Below, one piece after another: positions 19,076-28,291 of a stretch of DNA of 64,000 nt. Under the pieces are notes generated by a model, which saw nothing but the letters and a program-made list of their open reading frames with translations, searched no databases and was not told where the DNA came from. Origin of the DNA: an uncultured Acidobacteriota bacterium (lineage in GTDB: Bacteria > Acidobacteriota > Thermoanaerobaculia > Multivoradales > SZUA-115); assembly GCA_963805975.1 (NCBI GenBank), contig CAWDVR010000004.1, positions 224,001 through 288,000 of the forward strand, given 5' to 3'. How positions within the stretch are numbered: the stretch's first letter is position 1; every line of letters begins with the position of its first letter. The position numbers and the translations under genes were made by a program.

Positions 19076-19099
19076 GAACCCGGCCGCGGTTTCGTTCTT

Positions 19100-19497
19100 C
19101 TGCGGGCCGATAGCGAAAGACCTGCAAGCCGTGGCGCGCGTCGTCCGCCACGAAGAAAAGCGTTCTCTCGGACACGGTGAGGAATCTGGGCTCGGAAGAG
19201 CGGAGGCCCGGGGAGAGGTCGTTCACCAGGCGCGTGCCGGCCGGAGTGCCGTCGGTCTCCCACAGCCCCAGGCCCTGGTGGGCATCGTTCCCTCGGTCAC
19301 GCGCCGCGCCCCACCGCCGTCAGAGCTGATGCCCAGCAGCTCCGTGCCACCCATCTCCTGCATTCTCAGGTACAGTCAGTGCGCCAGAGCGCTGCTTCCC
19401 CCGGTCGGTGGCCACCACGGCTGCCAAAAGCCGAGCCCGGCGTGAAGGCCGAACGGGCACACGCCGCCGTGGCTGACGGGGCCCAGATCCGACATCA
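19100..19497 (-). pseudogene. Decayed fragment of an ELWxxDGT-repeat surface protein gene
   Basis: Minus strand encodes NDAHQGLGLWETDGTPAGTRLVNDLSPGLRSSEPRFLTVSERTLFFVADDARHG, and upstream ALWRTDCT* followed by a stop. No start codon or signal peptide. Confidence 0.65.
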
Positions 19498-20742
19498 CTA
19501 CCGCGCGGTGATCGTTTCGGCAGACTCGAAGCCCACCGTCCGCCAATCCCCCAAGGGCAGCACCTCGCAGCTCTCCCCTGTTCCTCGCGCCGCCTCTCCG
19601 GCGCGCACGCGCACCAGGCCCGAGCCGCGGCCGTAGGCGCCGAGGTCGTGGGAGCCCACGGGGGGGCAGGGGAGGGCGAGGACGCGGCCCTCTTCGAAGG
19701 CGATCTCGGCGGGGAGGAAGCGGTCGCGAGCCGTGGCCGCGGGTAAGGGGCCGGCGAGCTCGGCGGCGACCGCGCCCTGCCAGAGGCCGTCGGCCAGGCC
19801 CAGGAGGCGCCGCAGGGCCGGGCGGACGAAGAGCCAGAAGCCGACCATGGCGCCGGCCGGGTTGCCGGGCAGGCCGAAGACCAGGCCGCGGGCGTGGCGG
19901 GCAGCGACCAGGGGCTTGCCCGGCTGGACGGCCACGGCGTCGAAGATCGTCTCGCAGCCGAAGCCGGCGAGAACGCCCTCCACCAGGTCCAGCTCGCCGG
20001 CCGAAACGCCGCCGGTGGTGAGCAGCACGTCGTAGCCGAGCCCCTTCTCGATCGCGCCTGCCAGCGACTCGATCTCATCGCGCGCGATGCCGAGCGGCTC
20101 GAAGGCCAGGCCCAGGGCGGCGCCGGCCGCGAGCAGGAAGTCCGTATGCGAGTCACGGAGCTGGCCGGGGCGGGGCTCGGCATCGGGCGCCACCACCTCG
20201 TCGCCGGTGACGAGGATCGCCACCCGCGGCGCGCGGTGCACCTCCACCTCGGGCGTGCCGTGAGTGGCGAGAAGCGCCAGGGCCCCCGGGGTGAGCAACG
20301 CGCCCGCGGCCAGCAGGGGGCCGCCGGCACGCTGCACCTCGCCGCGCCGCCGGATGTGCGCGCCGGCCTCGAAGGCGCGCGCGAAAACCACGACCCGGGC
20401 TCCGCGGTCCGACGCCTCGACCGGGATCACCCGATCCGCGCCGCGCGGCACCGGGGCGCCGGTCATGATGCGGGCAGCGCTGCCGGGGGGGAGCTCGAAG
20501 CCGGGAGGGTCACCCGCGACCACCGTGCCGGCCACCGGCAGCACGGCACCGGCGGCGAGATCCCCGCAGACGGCGTAGCCGTCCATGGCCGAGACGTCTG
20601 CGGCCGGCACGTCGACCGTCGCTGCCACGGAGCGCGCCAGCACGCGCCCGGCGCTCGCGCGCCGCGGCAGGCGCTCGGCCGGCAAGGGAGCCAGATGCGG
20701 CAGCAAACGCTGCCAGGCGGCTTCGGGTGGGATCACTGGCAT
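19498..20742 (-). CDS. moeA: Molybdopterin molybdenumtransferase
   Basis: Motifs SAMDGYA, RIMTGAPVP, TGDE, TTGGVS, QPGKP and LPGNP. Confidence 0.95.
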   Translation of the reverse strand: MPVIPPEAAWQRLLPHLAPLPAERLPRRASAGRVLARSVAATVDVPAADVSAMDGYAVCGDLAAGAVLPVAGTVVAGDPPGFELPPGSAARIMTGAPVPRGADRVIPVEASDRGARVVVFARAFEAGAHIRRRGEVQRAGGPLLAAGALLTPGALALLATHGTPEVEVHRAPRVAILVTGDEVVAPDAEPRPGQLRDSHTDFLLAAGAALGLAFEPLGIARDEIESLAGAIEKGLGYDVLLTTGGVSAGELDLVEGVLAGFGCETIFDAVAVQPGKPLVAARHARGLVFGLPGNPAGAMVGFWLFVRPALRRLLGLADGLWQGAVAAELAGPLPAATARDRFLPAEIAFEEGRVLALPCPPVGSHDLGAYGRGSGLVRVRAGEAARGTGESCEVLPLGDWRTVGFESAETITAR

Positions 20743-20839
20743 CCGGAAGCGGATGCTATACTCACGCGTCTCCACCGCCGTCCGGCACGACGCTCCATTT
20801 CGCCATGCTTTCGTTGTCTTTTCTCATCTCTTCGCCGTC

Positions 20840-21634
20840 GTGACCAAAGCCTTCGAGTACCGCGGAGACCTCGCCCACACCACGCTGCCGGAGATGCTCT
20901 TCACGATCTACCGGTTCCAGGTGCCGGGGATCCTGGAGGCCCGACGGGAGGGCCTGGTCAAGCGCGTCTACGTGCGCGACGGTGCCGTGCTGCACGCCAC
21001 CTCTTCCGACATCGACGACAGCCTCGGCGGTTTCTTGAAGCGCACCGGGCGGCTGCCCGGGGACCAGTACGACTCGCTGATGCGCCAGCGCGCCGAGACC
21101 AAGCGCCGCTTCGGCGCGCTGGTGGTCGAGCACGGCCTGCTGGGGCCTGACGAGGTCTACAGCTCGATCCGCGAGCAGGTCGAAGCCATCGTCTGGAGCC
21201 TCTTTTACTGGCAGGAGGGCGAGGTCGCCTTTCGCATCGGAGAGTTCGCGGCCATCGAGCAGGTGCGCATCCAGGTGCCGGTACGGCAGGTGATCCTGGC
21301 CGGCATCAAGCGCGCCCCCAACCCCAAGATCCTGGTCGCCCGGCTGGGCAAGAAGGAGACCGTCTTCGAGCCCAACTTCCAGAGCGAGGAGCTGATCGAG
21401 ACCGGCCTCGACAAGGTGGATTTCACGCTTCTCAAGCTGGTGGACGGCAAGCGGACGCTTTTCGAGGTCTGCACCCAGGGCCCACTGCCGCCGGCCGACA
21501 ACGCCAAGCTGATGTACGCTTTCCAGGTGCTGCAGTTGATCCGCCGGACGGAGCCGAGCGGCCCCCCGAAGACCGACACCGGCGCGATCAAGATCCGTTT
21601 GAAGACCGAGTGGGACGGCGGCGGCCAGGCTTGA
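20840..21634 (+). CDS. DUF4388/PatA-N-like domain protein with C-terminal wHTH-like region
   Basis: YRGDLAHTTLPEMLFTI...G.LEA...KRVYVRDGAVLHATS...LFYWQEGEVAF. GTG start inferred. Confidence 0.75.
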   Translation: MTKAFEYRGDLAHTTLPEMLFTIYRFQVPGILEARREGLVKRVYVRDGAVLHATSSDIDDSLGGFLKRTGRLPGDQYDSLMRQRAETKRRFGALVVEHGLLGPDEVYSSIREQVEAIVWSLFYWQEGEVAFRIGEFAAIEQVRIQVPVRQVILAGIKRAPNPKILVARLGKKETVFEPNFQSEELIETGLDKVDFTLLKLVDGKRTLFEVCTQGPLPPADNAKLMYAFQVLQLIRRTEPSGPPKTDTGAIKIRLKTEWDGGGQA

Positions 21635-21691
21635 CGGGCTTCGCCCGGCGAGCCCCGTGCCGAGCCGATCCAGAATGGAGCTTCCCCTTCG

Positions 21692-22093
21692 ATGCCCATC
21701 TATGAGTACCAATGCGACCGCTGCGGACACCGGAGCGAGGAGCTGCAGCGCCTCGCAGACCCGCCGGTAGCTCTCTGCCCGAACTGTGGCGGGCCGTATC
21801 GCAAGCTGATCTCCGCCCCCTCCTTCCAGTTCAAGGGCAGCGGCTGGTACGTCACGGACTACGCCCGCAACCAGGGCGGCAAGGACCAAGGCAAGTCCGA
21901 TACGGGCAAGAGCGAAGAGAGCTCGGCGAAGAGCGAGGGCGGGGCCAAGGACAGCGCCTCCAAGGATAGTGGCTCCAAGGACGGCGGCTCCAAGGAAGGG
22001 GCAGGCGACGGCGCGGCAGGGAAGACCGCGAGCGAGCCCTCGGGCGGCGACAAGGCGCCGGCCGCGAAGAGCGCGGCCAAGACCGGCGAGTAG
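21692..22093 (+). CDS. FmdB-family zinc-ribbon regulatory protein with low-complexity tail
   Basis: [13 protein letters not shown]...CPNCGG...[11 protein letters not shown]. Confidence 0.9.
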   Translation: MPIYEYQCDRCGHRSEELQRLADPPVALCPNCGGPYRKLISAPSFQFKGSGWYVTDYARNQGGKDQGKSDTGKSEESSAKSEGGAKDSASKDSGSKDGGSKEGAGDGAAGKTASEPSGGDKAPAAKSAAKTGE

Positions 22094-22121
22094 TTGCACG
22101 CAGCTTGTCGCTGCGAACTAC

Positions 22122-22149
22122 TTCACAAAAATTCGCCACTCGGTATGGT
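22122..22149 (+). promoter_or_regulatory. Putative sigma-70 promoter of the protease gene
   Basis: TTCACA-N16-TATGGT in an AT-rich patch upstream of ATG 22178. Confidence 0.4.
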
Positions 22150-22177
22150 AGGGTCGCCCGACGCTGGCGGTGCTGCC

Positions 22178-24487
22178 ATGACACGCCCCACCCTTCCTCC
22201 GCTCGTCCCGGCGCTGCTCCTCGGCGCGCTGCTCGTCGTCGGGCTCGTGGGGCGCCCGGCGGCGGGCACCACCTACGCCATGGTCTCGGACGCCGAGCTG
22301 GTAACGCAGGCCGCGGTGATCGCCGAGGTGGAGGTGCTGGGCTCGGCCGCCGCCGCGGACGCCGCCATTCCCTCGACCGACTACCAGGTCGCCGTGCTCC
22401 GGGTGCTCAAGGGGGCCACCGCCGGCCCGAATGCCACGGTGCGGGTGCCGGGCGGGGTGTCGGCGGAGGGCGTGGGCTACCGGGTGTGGGGTGCCCCGGC
22501 TTTCGCTCCCGGCGAGCGGGCCCTCCTCTTCCTGCTGCCGGCCGCGGACGGCGCCTACCGCATCCTCCATCTCCTGCTCGGCGCCTTCCACGAGGTCGAG
22601 CTCGGTGGGCGCAAGCTGGCGCTGCGCGATCTCTCGGGAGCTACCGAGGCGAGCTTCGACCGGGAAGGCCGGCTGCTCCTCGAGGAACGCCCCACCGACC
22701 TGCCGCGCGATTTCGAGGCCTTCTCGCGCTGGATCTCGACCGGTGCAGGAGACCGCGTCGGCTACTTCGTCCACGACAAGAGCGGGGCGCTCGACGACGC
22801 GATCGCTTCCTACACTTTTCTCACCGACCCCAACGACGGCGGGCGCATCCGCTGGTTCGGCTTCGAGCAGGGCGACACCATCGGCTGGCAGGCGGACAGC
22901 CGCGGACAGCCGGGCTTGGCGGGCGGCGGCTTCTCCGAGCTCCAGCGGGCGATCGCGGCCTGGAACAACGACCCTTCGTCGATCGTCCGCTACGGCTGGA
23001 GCGGCACCACCAGCTCGCTCGCCACTCGCTGCGCACCGCCTTTCGGGCTGGGCAAGCTGGTGTTCGAGGACCCGGTCAACGAGATCGGCGGCGCCTACGG
23101 CTGCAGTGGCGGCATCCTCGCCCAGGGCGGCCCCTGCTACCAGCTCAGCTTCGCTTCCTATCGCGGGACCAACTACCACCCGGCGGTGGACGCGCACATC
23201 GTCACCAACGACGGCCTCACCTGCTTCTTCGACCAGAGCGCGAGCCCAGGGAAGGCCGCGGAGGAGCTCTTCGCCCACGAGCTGGGCCACACGCTGGGCT
23301 TCGGGCACTCCGCGACCCGGCAGGCGCTGATGCACGCCTTCATCCACGACGACGGGCGCGGGGCGCAGCTCCACGCCGACGACCGCGCCGGCCTGGCCGA
23401 GGTCTACGGCAACGGCACCACGCCTCCTCCTCCGCCCCCGCCCACCCCTGCCGCTCCCAGCCAGCTCGTGGCGGCGGCGCTCTCCACCACCCAGATCCGT
23501 CTCACCTGGCGCGACAACGCCGGCAACGAGTCCGGCTACCGCGTGGAGCGACGGGGCTACGCCGGCTTCTCCGAGATCGCCTCGCTGCCGGCGGGTGCCA
23601 CGAGCTTCACGGTTTCGGGCCTCTCTCCGGCCACGCCCTACGAGTTCCGGGTGCGGGCGGTGAACGCCCAGGGCTTCTCGGCCTTCTCGAACGTCGGCGC
23701 CGCCGTCACGCGTGGCGTCCTCGGCCCCTGCGTGGCCAACGCCACCACGCTCTGCCTGCTCTCCGGGGCGGTGCGCGTCGAGGTCGACTGGAAGAACCAG
23801 CACGGCGGCGGCGCCCTGGGCACCGGCCGCGCGGTGCCGATGGGCAACAAGAGCGGCTCGTTCTGGTTCTTCAGCCCGGACAACATCGAGCTCCTGGTCA
23901 AGGGGCTCGACGGCGGGCCGCTCAACGGCTACTACTGGTTCTTCTACGGCGCGCTCTCGGACGTCGAGTACTGGGTGCGCGTTACCCAGACGGCGACCGG
24001 CGAGGTGGCCGTGTACCACAACCCTCCGGGCCAGATCTGTGGCGAAGGCGACGTGGGGGCCCTGGCCAAGGCGGACGATGGCGCGGTCTTCGCTCTTCCC
24101 GACGAGGCGTCCGCCGCGTTCGCAGACCTGCCGGCCGGAGCCCCAGGTCCTTGCGCGGCGGGCCCCGAGGCGCTCTGCCTGCTGGGAGGCCGTTTCGAGG
24201 TCCGGGTCAACTGGCGCGACCACAGGAACGGCGGCGCGGGGACCGGCAAGCGGGTCACCGTGTCCGACCGCAGCGGCTACTTCTGGTTCTTCAACGCCGA
24301 CAACCTGGAGCTCGTGGTCAAGGCCCTGGACGGCCGCGGCCAGAACGGGCACTTCTGGTTCTTCTACGGCGCGCTCTCGGACGTCGAGTACACCCTTCGG
24401 GTGCGCGACACGGTGACCGGCGCCACCCGCCTCTACAACAACCAGGCCGGCGAGATCTGCGGCGAGGGCGACGTCGAAGCCTTCTGA
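22178..24487 (+). CDS. Secreted metzincin (matrixin/M10-like) protease with FN3 domain and two tandem C-terminal repeat domains
   Basis: Signal peptide, HELGHTLGFGH and ALM Met-turn, Pro-rich linker, FN3 (PSQL...LTWRDN...YRVER...YEFRVRA) and two repeats of about 110 aa. Confidence 0.85.
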   Translation: MTRPTLPPLVPALLLGALLVVGLVGRPAAGTTYAMVSDAELVTQAAVIAEVEVLGSAAAADAAIPSTDYQVAVLRVLKGATAGPNATVRVPGGVSAEGVGYRVWGAPAFAPGERALLFLLPAADGAYRILHLLLGAFHEVELGGRKLALRDLSGATEASFDREGRLLLEERPTDLPRDFEAFSRWISTGAGDRVGYFVHDKSGALDDAIASYTFLTDPNDGGRIRWFGFEQGDTIGWQADSRGQPGLAGGGFSELQRAIAAWNNDPSSIVRYGWSGTTSSLATRCAPPFGLGKLVFEDPVNEIGGAYGCSGGILAQGGPCYQLSFASYRGTNYHPAVDAHIVTNDGLTCFFDQSASPGKAAEELFAHELGHTLGFGHSATRQALMHAFIHDDGRGAQLHADDRAGLAEVYGNGTTPPPPPPPTPAAPSQLVAAALSTTQIRLTWRDNAGNESGYRVERRGYAGFSEIASLPAGATSFTVSGLSPATPYEFRVRAVNAQGFSAFSNVGAAVTRGVLGPCVANATTLCLLSGAVRVEVDWKNQHGGGALGTGRAVPMGNKSGSFWFFSPDNIELLVKGLDGGPLNGYYWFFYGALSDVEYWVRVTQTATGEVAVYHNPPGQICGEGDVGALAKADDGAVFALPDEASAAFADLPAGAPGPCAAGPEALCLLGGRFEVRVNWRDHRNGGAGTGKRVTVSDRSGYFWFFNADNLELVVKALDGRGQNGHFWFFYGALSDVEYTLRVRDTVTGATRLYNNQAGEICGEGDVEAF

Positions 24488-25788
24488 GTCTCGGGGTCGC
24501 CCTTCCTCGCCCAGCGGTCGAGCGCCACGCCCGAGCCCAGGAGCGCCACCGGCCACAGGTGGAAGGCGAGCCGTGCCAGGTTCGAGCGCACGAAGAAGTC
24601 GGCGGAGCCGGCCGAGGGATGCGGGGTCGAGAAGTAGATGTAGAGATAGAAGAGGAGCTGGAGCGAGGCCAGGAGCGCCGCCGGCCGCGCCGGCCGGCAG
24701 AAGAGCAAGGCCGGCAACAGCAGCACCAGGAACGCCGCCCCGTGCCACTCCGGGGAGGCGAGGCTCTCGAGCGCGGCACGGAGGATGGTGCCCGCAAAAC
24801 GCAGCGACAGCGCTCGCTCCCCCTGCCCGCCGAGAAGGCCGTGGTGCCAGCCATAGGCCAGCCAGGCACCGACCACCAGCGCCGGCGGCAGGGCGACGGC
24901 CGGGAGCGCCCGCCACCAGCCACGGCCGCGGTGCAGGAGGTACACCGCGATGAGGAAAGCGGCGAGCGGCACACCTTCGATCTTGACCGCGGCGGCGAGC
25001 GCCGCGAGCCAGCCGACCGCAAGGTCCGAGGCCCGGTCCGGTCGCCGCAGCAGCAGCGGCCAGGCGGCTACCGGCACCAGCGCGATCACCCAGTCCGGGC
25101 TGCCGCCCATGGTGTAGCCGATGCCGAACATCGCCGCCCCGAGCCCGAGGAGCGCCACCGTCGCCTGCGCGGCCGGCCGCGAGACCTGCGCGGCGCGGAG
25201 CGCCTCGCGCGCGGCGGCGAGCAGGGCGAAGAAGAAGATCGCCGTCCACAGCATCATCGCCGGCTCCCGGAAGCCGCCGGCGAAGGCGGCGGTGGCCGCG
25301 AACAGGCTGGGGAATAGGTTCGGGTACTCCGGGTGGCGCTGCCAGTTCCAGGGCTGGACCAGGAACTCGAAGTCGAAGCCGCGAGCCAGGAAGAACCGCT
25401 CGCCCTTGATCCCCCAGTGGAAGATGAAGTCCGAGTAGACCATCCACATCTGGACGGCGCAGAAGGTCAGGATGGCGAGCGTGAGGAGCGCCGAAGCGTC
25501 GCCCCAGCCGGGCGCGATCCGCCCCGCGGCCGGCGCCAGCTTCCCACGACCCAGGAGATGGGCGAAGAGGGCGAGAAGCCCGAGCGCGCCGGCGAGCGTC
25601 GCCGCACGCCACGGAATGCCCAACGCATAGAGGGCGATCTGGGCGAGATAGAAGCCCACCAGCCCGGCGGCTCCCCAGAGTATCCCCCTGTAAAGCGGAT
25701 CCTCGCCCTCCGTGGCAAGCCGGCCGCGCAAACGGCTGCCGGCGAAGACGCAGGCCGCGGCGAGGGCGAGCGTGGCGGCGAGGCTCAG
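24433..25788 (-). CDS. Polytopic membrane protein (GT-C-like), probable CTG start
   Basis: About 12 TM segments with motifs DFIFHWGIKG, HPEYP and VKIEG. The hydrophobic frame begins at CTG 25788, overlapping the upstream TGA, with GGAGG 4 nt before it. Confidence 0.65.
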   Translation of the reverse strand: MSLAATLALAAACVFAGSRLRGRLATEGEDPLYRGILWGAAGLVGFYLAQIALYALGIPWRAATLAGALGLLALFAHLLGRGKLAPAAGRIAPGWGDASALLTLAILTFCAVQMWMVYSDFIFHWGIKGERFFLARGFDFEFLVQPWNWQRHPEYPNLFPSLFAATAAFAGGFREPAMMLWTAIFFFALLAAAREALRAAQVSRPAAQATVALLGLGAAMFGIGYTMGGSPDWVIALVPVAAWPLLLRRPDRASDLAVGWLAALAAAVKIEGVPLAAFLIAVYLLHRGRGWWRALPAVALPPALVVGAWLAYGWHHGLLGGQGERALSLRFAGTILRAALESLASPEWHGAAFLVLLLPALLFCRPARPAALLASLQLLFYLYIYFSTPHPSAGSADFFVRSNLARLAFHLWPVALLGSGVALDRWARKGDPETQKASTSPSPQISPAWLL

Positions 25789-26240
25789 CGTGCCTCCCCG
25801 GAGCGCACGGTGCGGTAGAGCCGGCCGGGACCCTGCTCGAGGAGGAGCACGCGGTCCGGCTGCTCGAGCTTGCGGCGGAAGGTGATCCAGTAGTCGGCCG
25901 CGCGCGACTCGGGAGCGCCTTCGGGGATGAGCAGGCTCCCGGGCAGCCAGTACCCCGCCCGGAGCCAGCGGAAGAAGGCCTCGCCGGGAGGCGTCGCCTC
26001 GGTGGCGAAACCCACGCGGCTGCCCGGAGGGATCTGCTCGGCCGCCCGTTCGAGAAAGGCCTGAAGTCGCCGCGCCTGCGGTGTCGAATGCCGCCAGACG
26101 ACGGCCGGCAGCGGCTGGCCGGGATGGAGCACTTCGAGGTAGAGGGTGTGGTACAGCTCCTTGGCGAAGCCGAAGGCGAGCCACGCACCGGCGGCGGCGA
26201 AGACCAGAAAGGCGAGTCGCTGGCGGGCGGTGCGGGACAT
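25785..26240 (-). CDS. Hypothetical membrane-anchored protein
   Basis: MSRTARQRLAFLVFAAAGAWLAFG..., 151 aa, coupled to the downstream membrane gene. Confidence 0.65.
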   Translation of the reverse strand: MSRTARQRLAFLVFAAAGAWLAFGFAKELYHTLYLEVLHPGQPLPAVVWRHSTPQARRLQAFLERAAEQIPPGSRVGFATEATPPGEAFFRWLRAGYWLPGSLLIPEGAPESRAADYWITFRRKLEQPDRVLLLEQGPGRLYRTVRSGEAR

Positions 26241-26378
26241 TTGGGGAGGGATACTGCCACCTTTTCCGATCGCGGAGCGCGTTCGACGCCGGGGCTCCGC
26301 AGCTACGTCCACGCCGCTCGGGACGGCCGCCGAGAGCCGTGCCGGCTCTCCGGGGCCTGCGATACTCTGCCGGGCATC

Positions 26379-28229
26379 GTGCTGCCTTTTCCGAGACACG
26401 TCCCGTACCGCTCCCGGCTCCCCTTTCTCCTCCTCGCTCTCGCGGTCCTCCTCACGGCCTGCGGTCGCCCTGCGACCGAGCGCTTGGCGTACGAGGACTT
26501 TCTGACCAACGGCCGGCTGGCGTCGGGCCGCGGCCCGGTCGAGCCGGCCGAGGGCGTGTGCGCCTTCGAGAACCGCTGGGGAGTGCGGCTCGAGGGTGAC
26601 GAGCTCACGGCCACGTTCACCCTCGGCCGTGCGGCGCGGCTGATGGTCGCCGGCTGCGCGGGGCGCTTCGCAGCCTCGCCGCCGGCCCAGCCGGGCAGGG
26701 ACCGGATCGAGGTGACGCTCGAGGCTGCCGATGGATCGCAGCGCCGCCTGCAGCTCGAGCTTCCTGCCGGCTCCGGCTCTGTCCAACGCGAGATGGCCCT
26801 CGACCTGCCTCCCGGCGAGACGCGGCTGTCGCTCGCCCCGAGCCTCGGGAGCGGCCGGCAGGTCTTTCTCCGCGACCTCGCGGTGCGCCATGAGCTGGCG
26901 CTCGGAGAGAGGGCGCAGGAAGGCAGGCCCCGCGAGGGCGAGCCGCGGCAGGTGCTGCTGATCTCGCTCGACACGCTGCGCGAGGACGGCCTCTCGCACC
27001 TGGGCGGCCCCTGGCCCACGCCGGCGCTCGACCGCTTCGCGGCGCGGGCGCAGACCTTCCGGCCGCACTATGCCGCCGCGAGCTGGACCAAGCCCTCGCA
27101 CGCGAGCCTGCTCTCCGGCCAGTCGGTAGGCGTGCACGGCGCGAGCGACGTCCAACGTCCGCTGCCCGCGGGGCTGCCGCTCGTCTCCGAGCGCTTTCGG
27201 GAGGCGGGCTTCGCCACCGCCGGCCTGGTCTCCGACTGCCTGTGGCTCAACCCGCCGTTCGGCTTCGCGCGCGGCTACGACACCTACCAGCCGGTGCACT
27301 GGAGCCTGCCGCAGCAGAGGCGCCGGGCCTTCAACTGGATGGCCGAGCATCGCGATCGGCCGTTCTTCTATTTCCTCCACAGTTTCGAGGCGCACTCGGA
27401 CTTCCATGCCCTGCCCTACGAGGGGCCGGGCGTCACCCGCCGCACCGTCGAGCAGCGCTTCGGGGTTCCCGGCTATGGCTGCCGCGAGGAGCAGTGCGCC
27501 TCGGGCCTGCTCTCCGAGCTGAGCGCCGGGCGCATCCGGCCGCTGGCCAACGAGGAGGCGATCCTGCGCTTCCTCTACGGCGAGGGCGTGCGGCACCTGG
27601 ACAGCGAGCTGGGCGCGCTGTTCTCCGACCTGGAAGAGCTCGGGCTCTTCGACCGCCTGCTGATCGTCCTCACCTCGGACCACGGCGAGCAGTTTTTCGA
27701 GCATGGCGAGCTGCTGCACGGTCAGGCCTGGAACCAGGTGATGCGGGTGCCCCTCCTCGTCAAGTGGCCGGCAGGCCGGCGGGCCGGCGAGGTGGAGACC
27801 GCGCCCACCTCGGCGCTCGACGTGGCCCCGACCCTGCTCGCCGCCGCGGGCCTCGCGGCAGGAGGGCTGCCGGGCCGCGACCTCGGCCGGCCGCTGCACG
27901 GTGAGCCGGTCTTCGCCTGGGACCCCGGAGCCACGGTGGTGGCGGGCGACCTCAAGGCGATCTTCCGGCTTCCCGACGGCCAGCCGCGTCTCTTCGACCT
28001 CGCCGCCGACCCGGGCGAGCGCCACGACCTCGCCGCCGCGCGGCCCGAGGTCGTGGCCCGGCTCGAGCGCCTGCTCGCGGCCCGCGAAGCCGCGGACCGG
28101 GCGATCGTCGCCCGCCTGGGCACGCGGCAGGACGCGGCGTCGCCGGAGACGCTCAGCGAGGAGGACGTCGCCCGCCTGCGCGCCCTGGGCTATCTGGGCG
28201 GCCCGGCCGCCGCCGGGGGCCCGGAGTAG
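26379..28229 (+). CDS. Sulfatase-like hydrolase/transferase, probable lipoprotein
   Basis: Lipobox LTAC, plus LLISLDTLR, SWTKPSHASLLSG, TSDHGE, LFDLAADPGE and LRALGY. Start approximate. Confidence 0.82.
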   Translation: MLPFPRHVPYRSRLPFLLLALAVLLTACGRPATERLAYEDFLTNGRLASGRGPVEPAEGVCAFENRWGVRLEGDELTATFTLGRAARLMVAGCAGRFAASPPAQPGRDRIEVTLEAADGSQRRLQLELPAGSGSVQREMALDLPPGETRLSLAPSLGSGRQVFLRDLAVRHELALGERAQEGRPREGEPRQVLLISLDTLREDGLSHLGGPWPTPALDRFAARAQTFRPHYAAASWTKPSHASLLSGQSVGVHGASDVQRPLPAGLPLVSERFREAGFATAGLVSDCLWLNPPFGFARGYDTYQPVHWSLPQQRRRAFNWMAEHRDRPFFYFLHSFEAHSDFHALPYEGPGVTRRTVEQRFGVPGYGCREEQCASGLLSELSAGRIRPLANEEAILRFLYGEGVRHLDSELGALFSDLEELGLFDRLLIVLTSDHGEQFFEHGELLHGQAWNQVMRVPLLVKWPAGRRAGEVETAPTSALDVAPTLLAAAGLAAGGLPGRDLGRPLHGEPVFAWDPGATVVAGDLKAIFRLPDGQPRLFDLAADPGERHDLAAARPEVVARLERLLAAREAADRAIVARLGTRQDAASPETLSEEDVARLRALGYLGGPAAAGGPE

Positions 28230-28291
28230 GCCGGCGGCCCATATACTCCTCGGGCCGTAGACCCTACATTCGGAGGCGATCTCCAAAGACC

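Noticed and set aside
21958-21997. Three 15-bp-period CTCCAAGGA repeats
   Set aside because: They encode the low-complexity SKD-x-G tail of the FmdB protein and are not a CRISPR array or regulatory repeat.
24433-24487. 55-nt convergent overlap of the protease and membrane genes
   Set aside because: Stop-codon drift in GC-rich DNA is a sufficient explanation, and there is no evidence of function.
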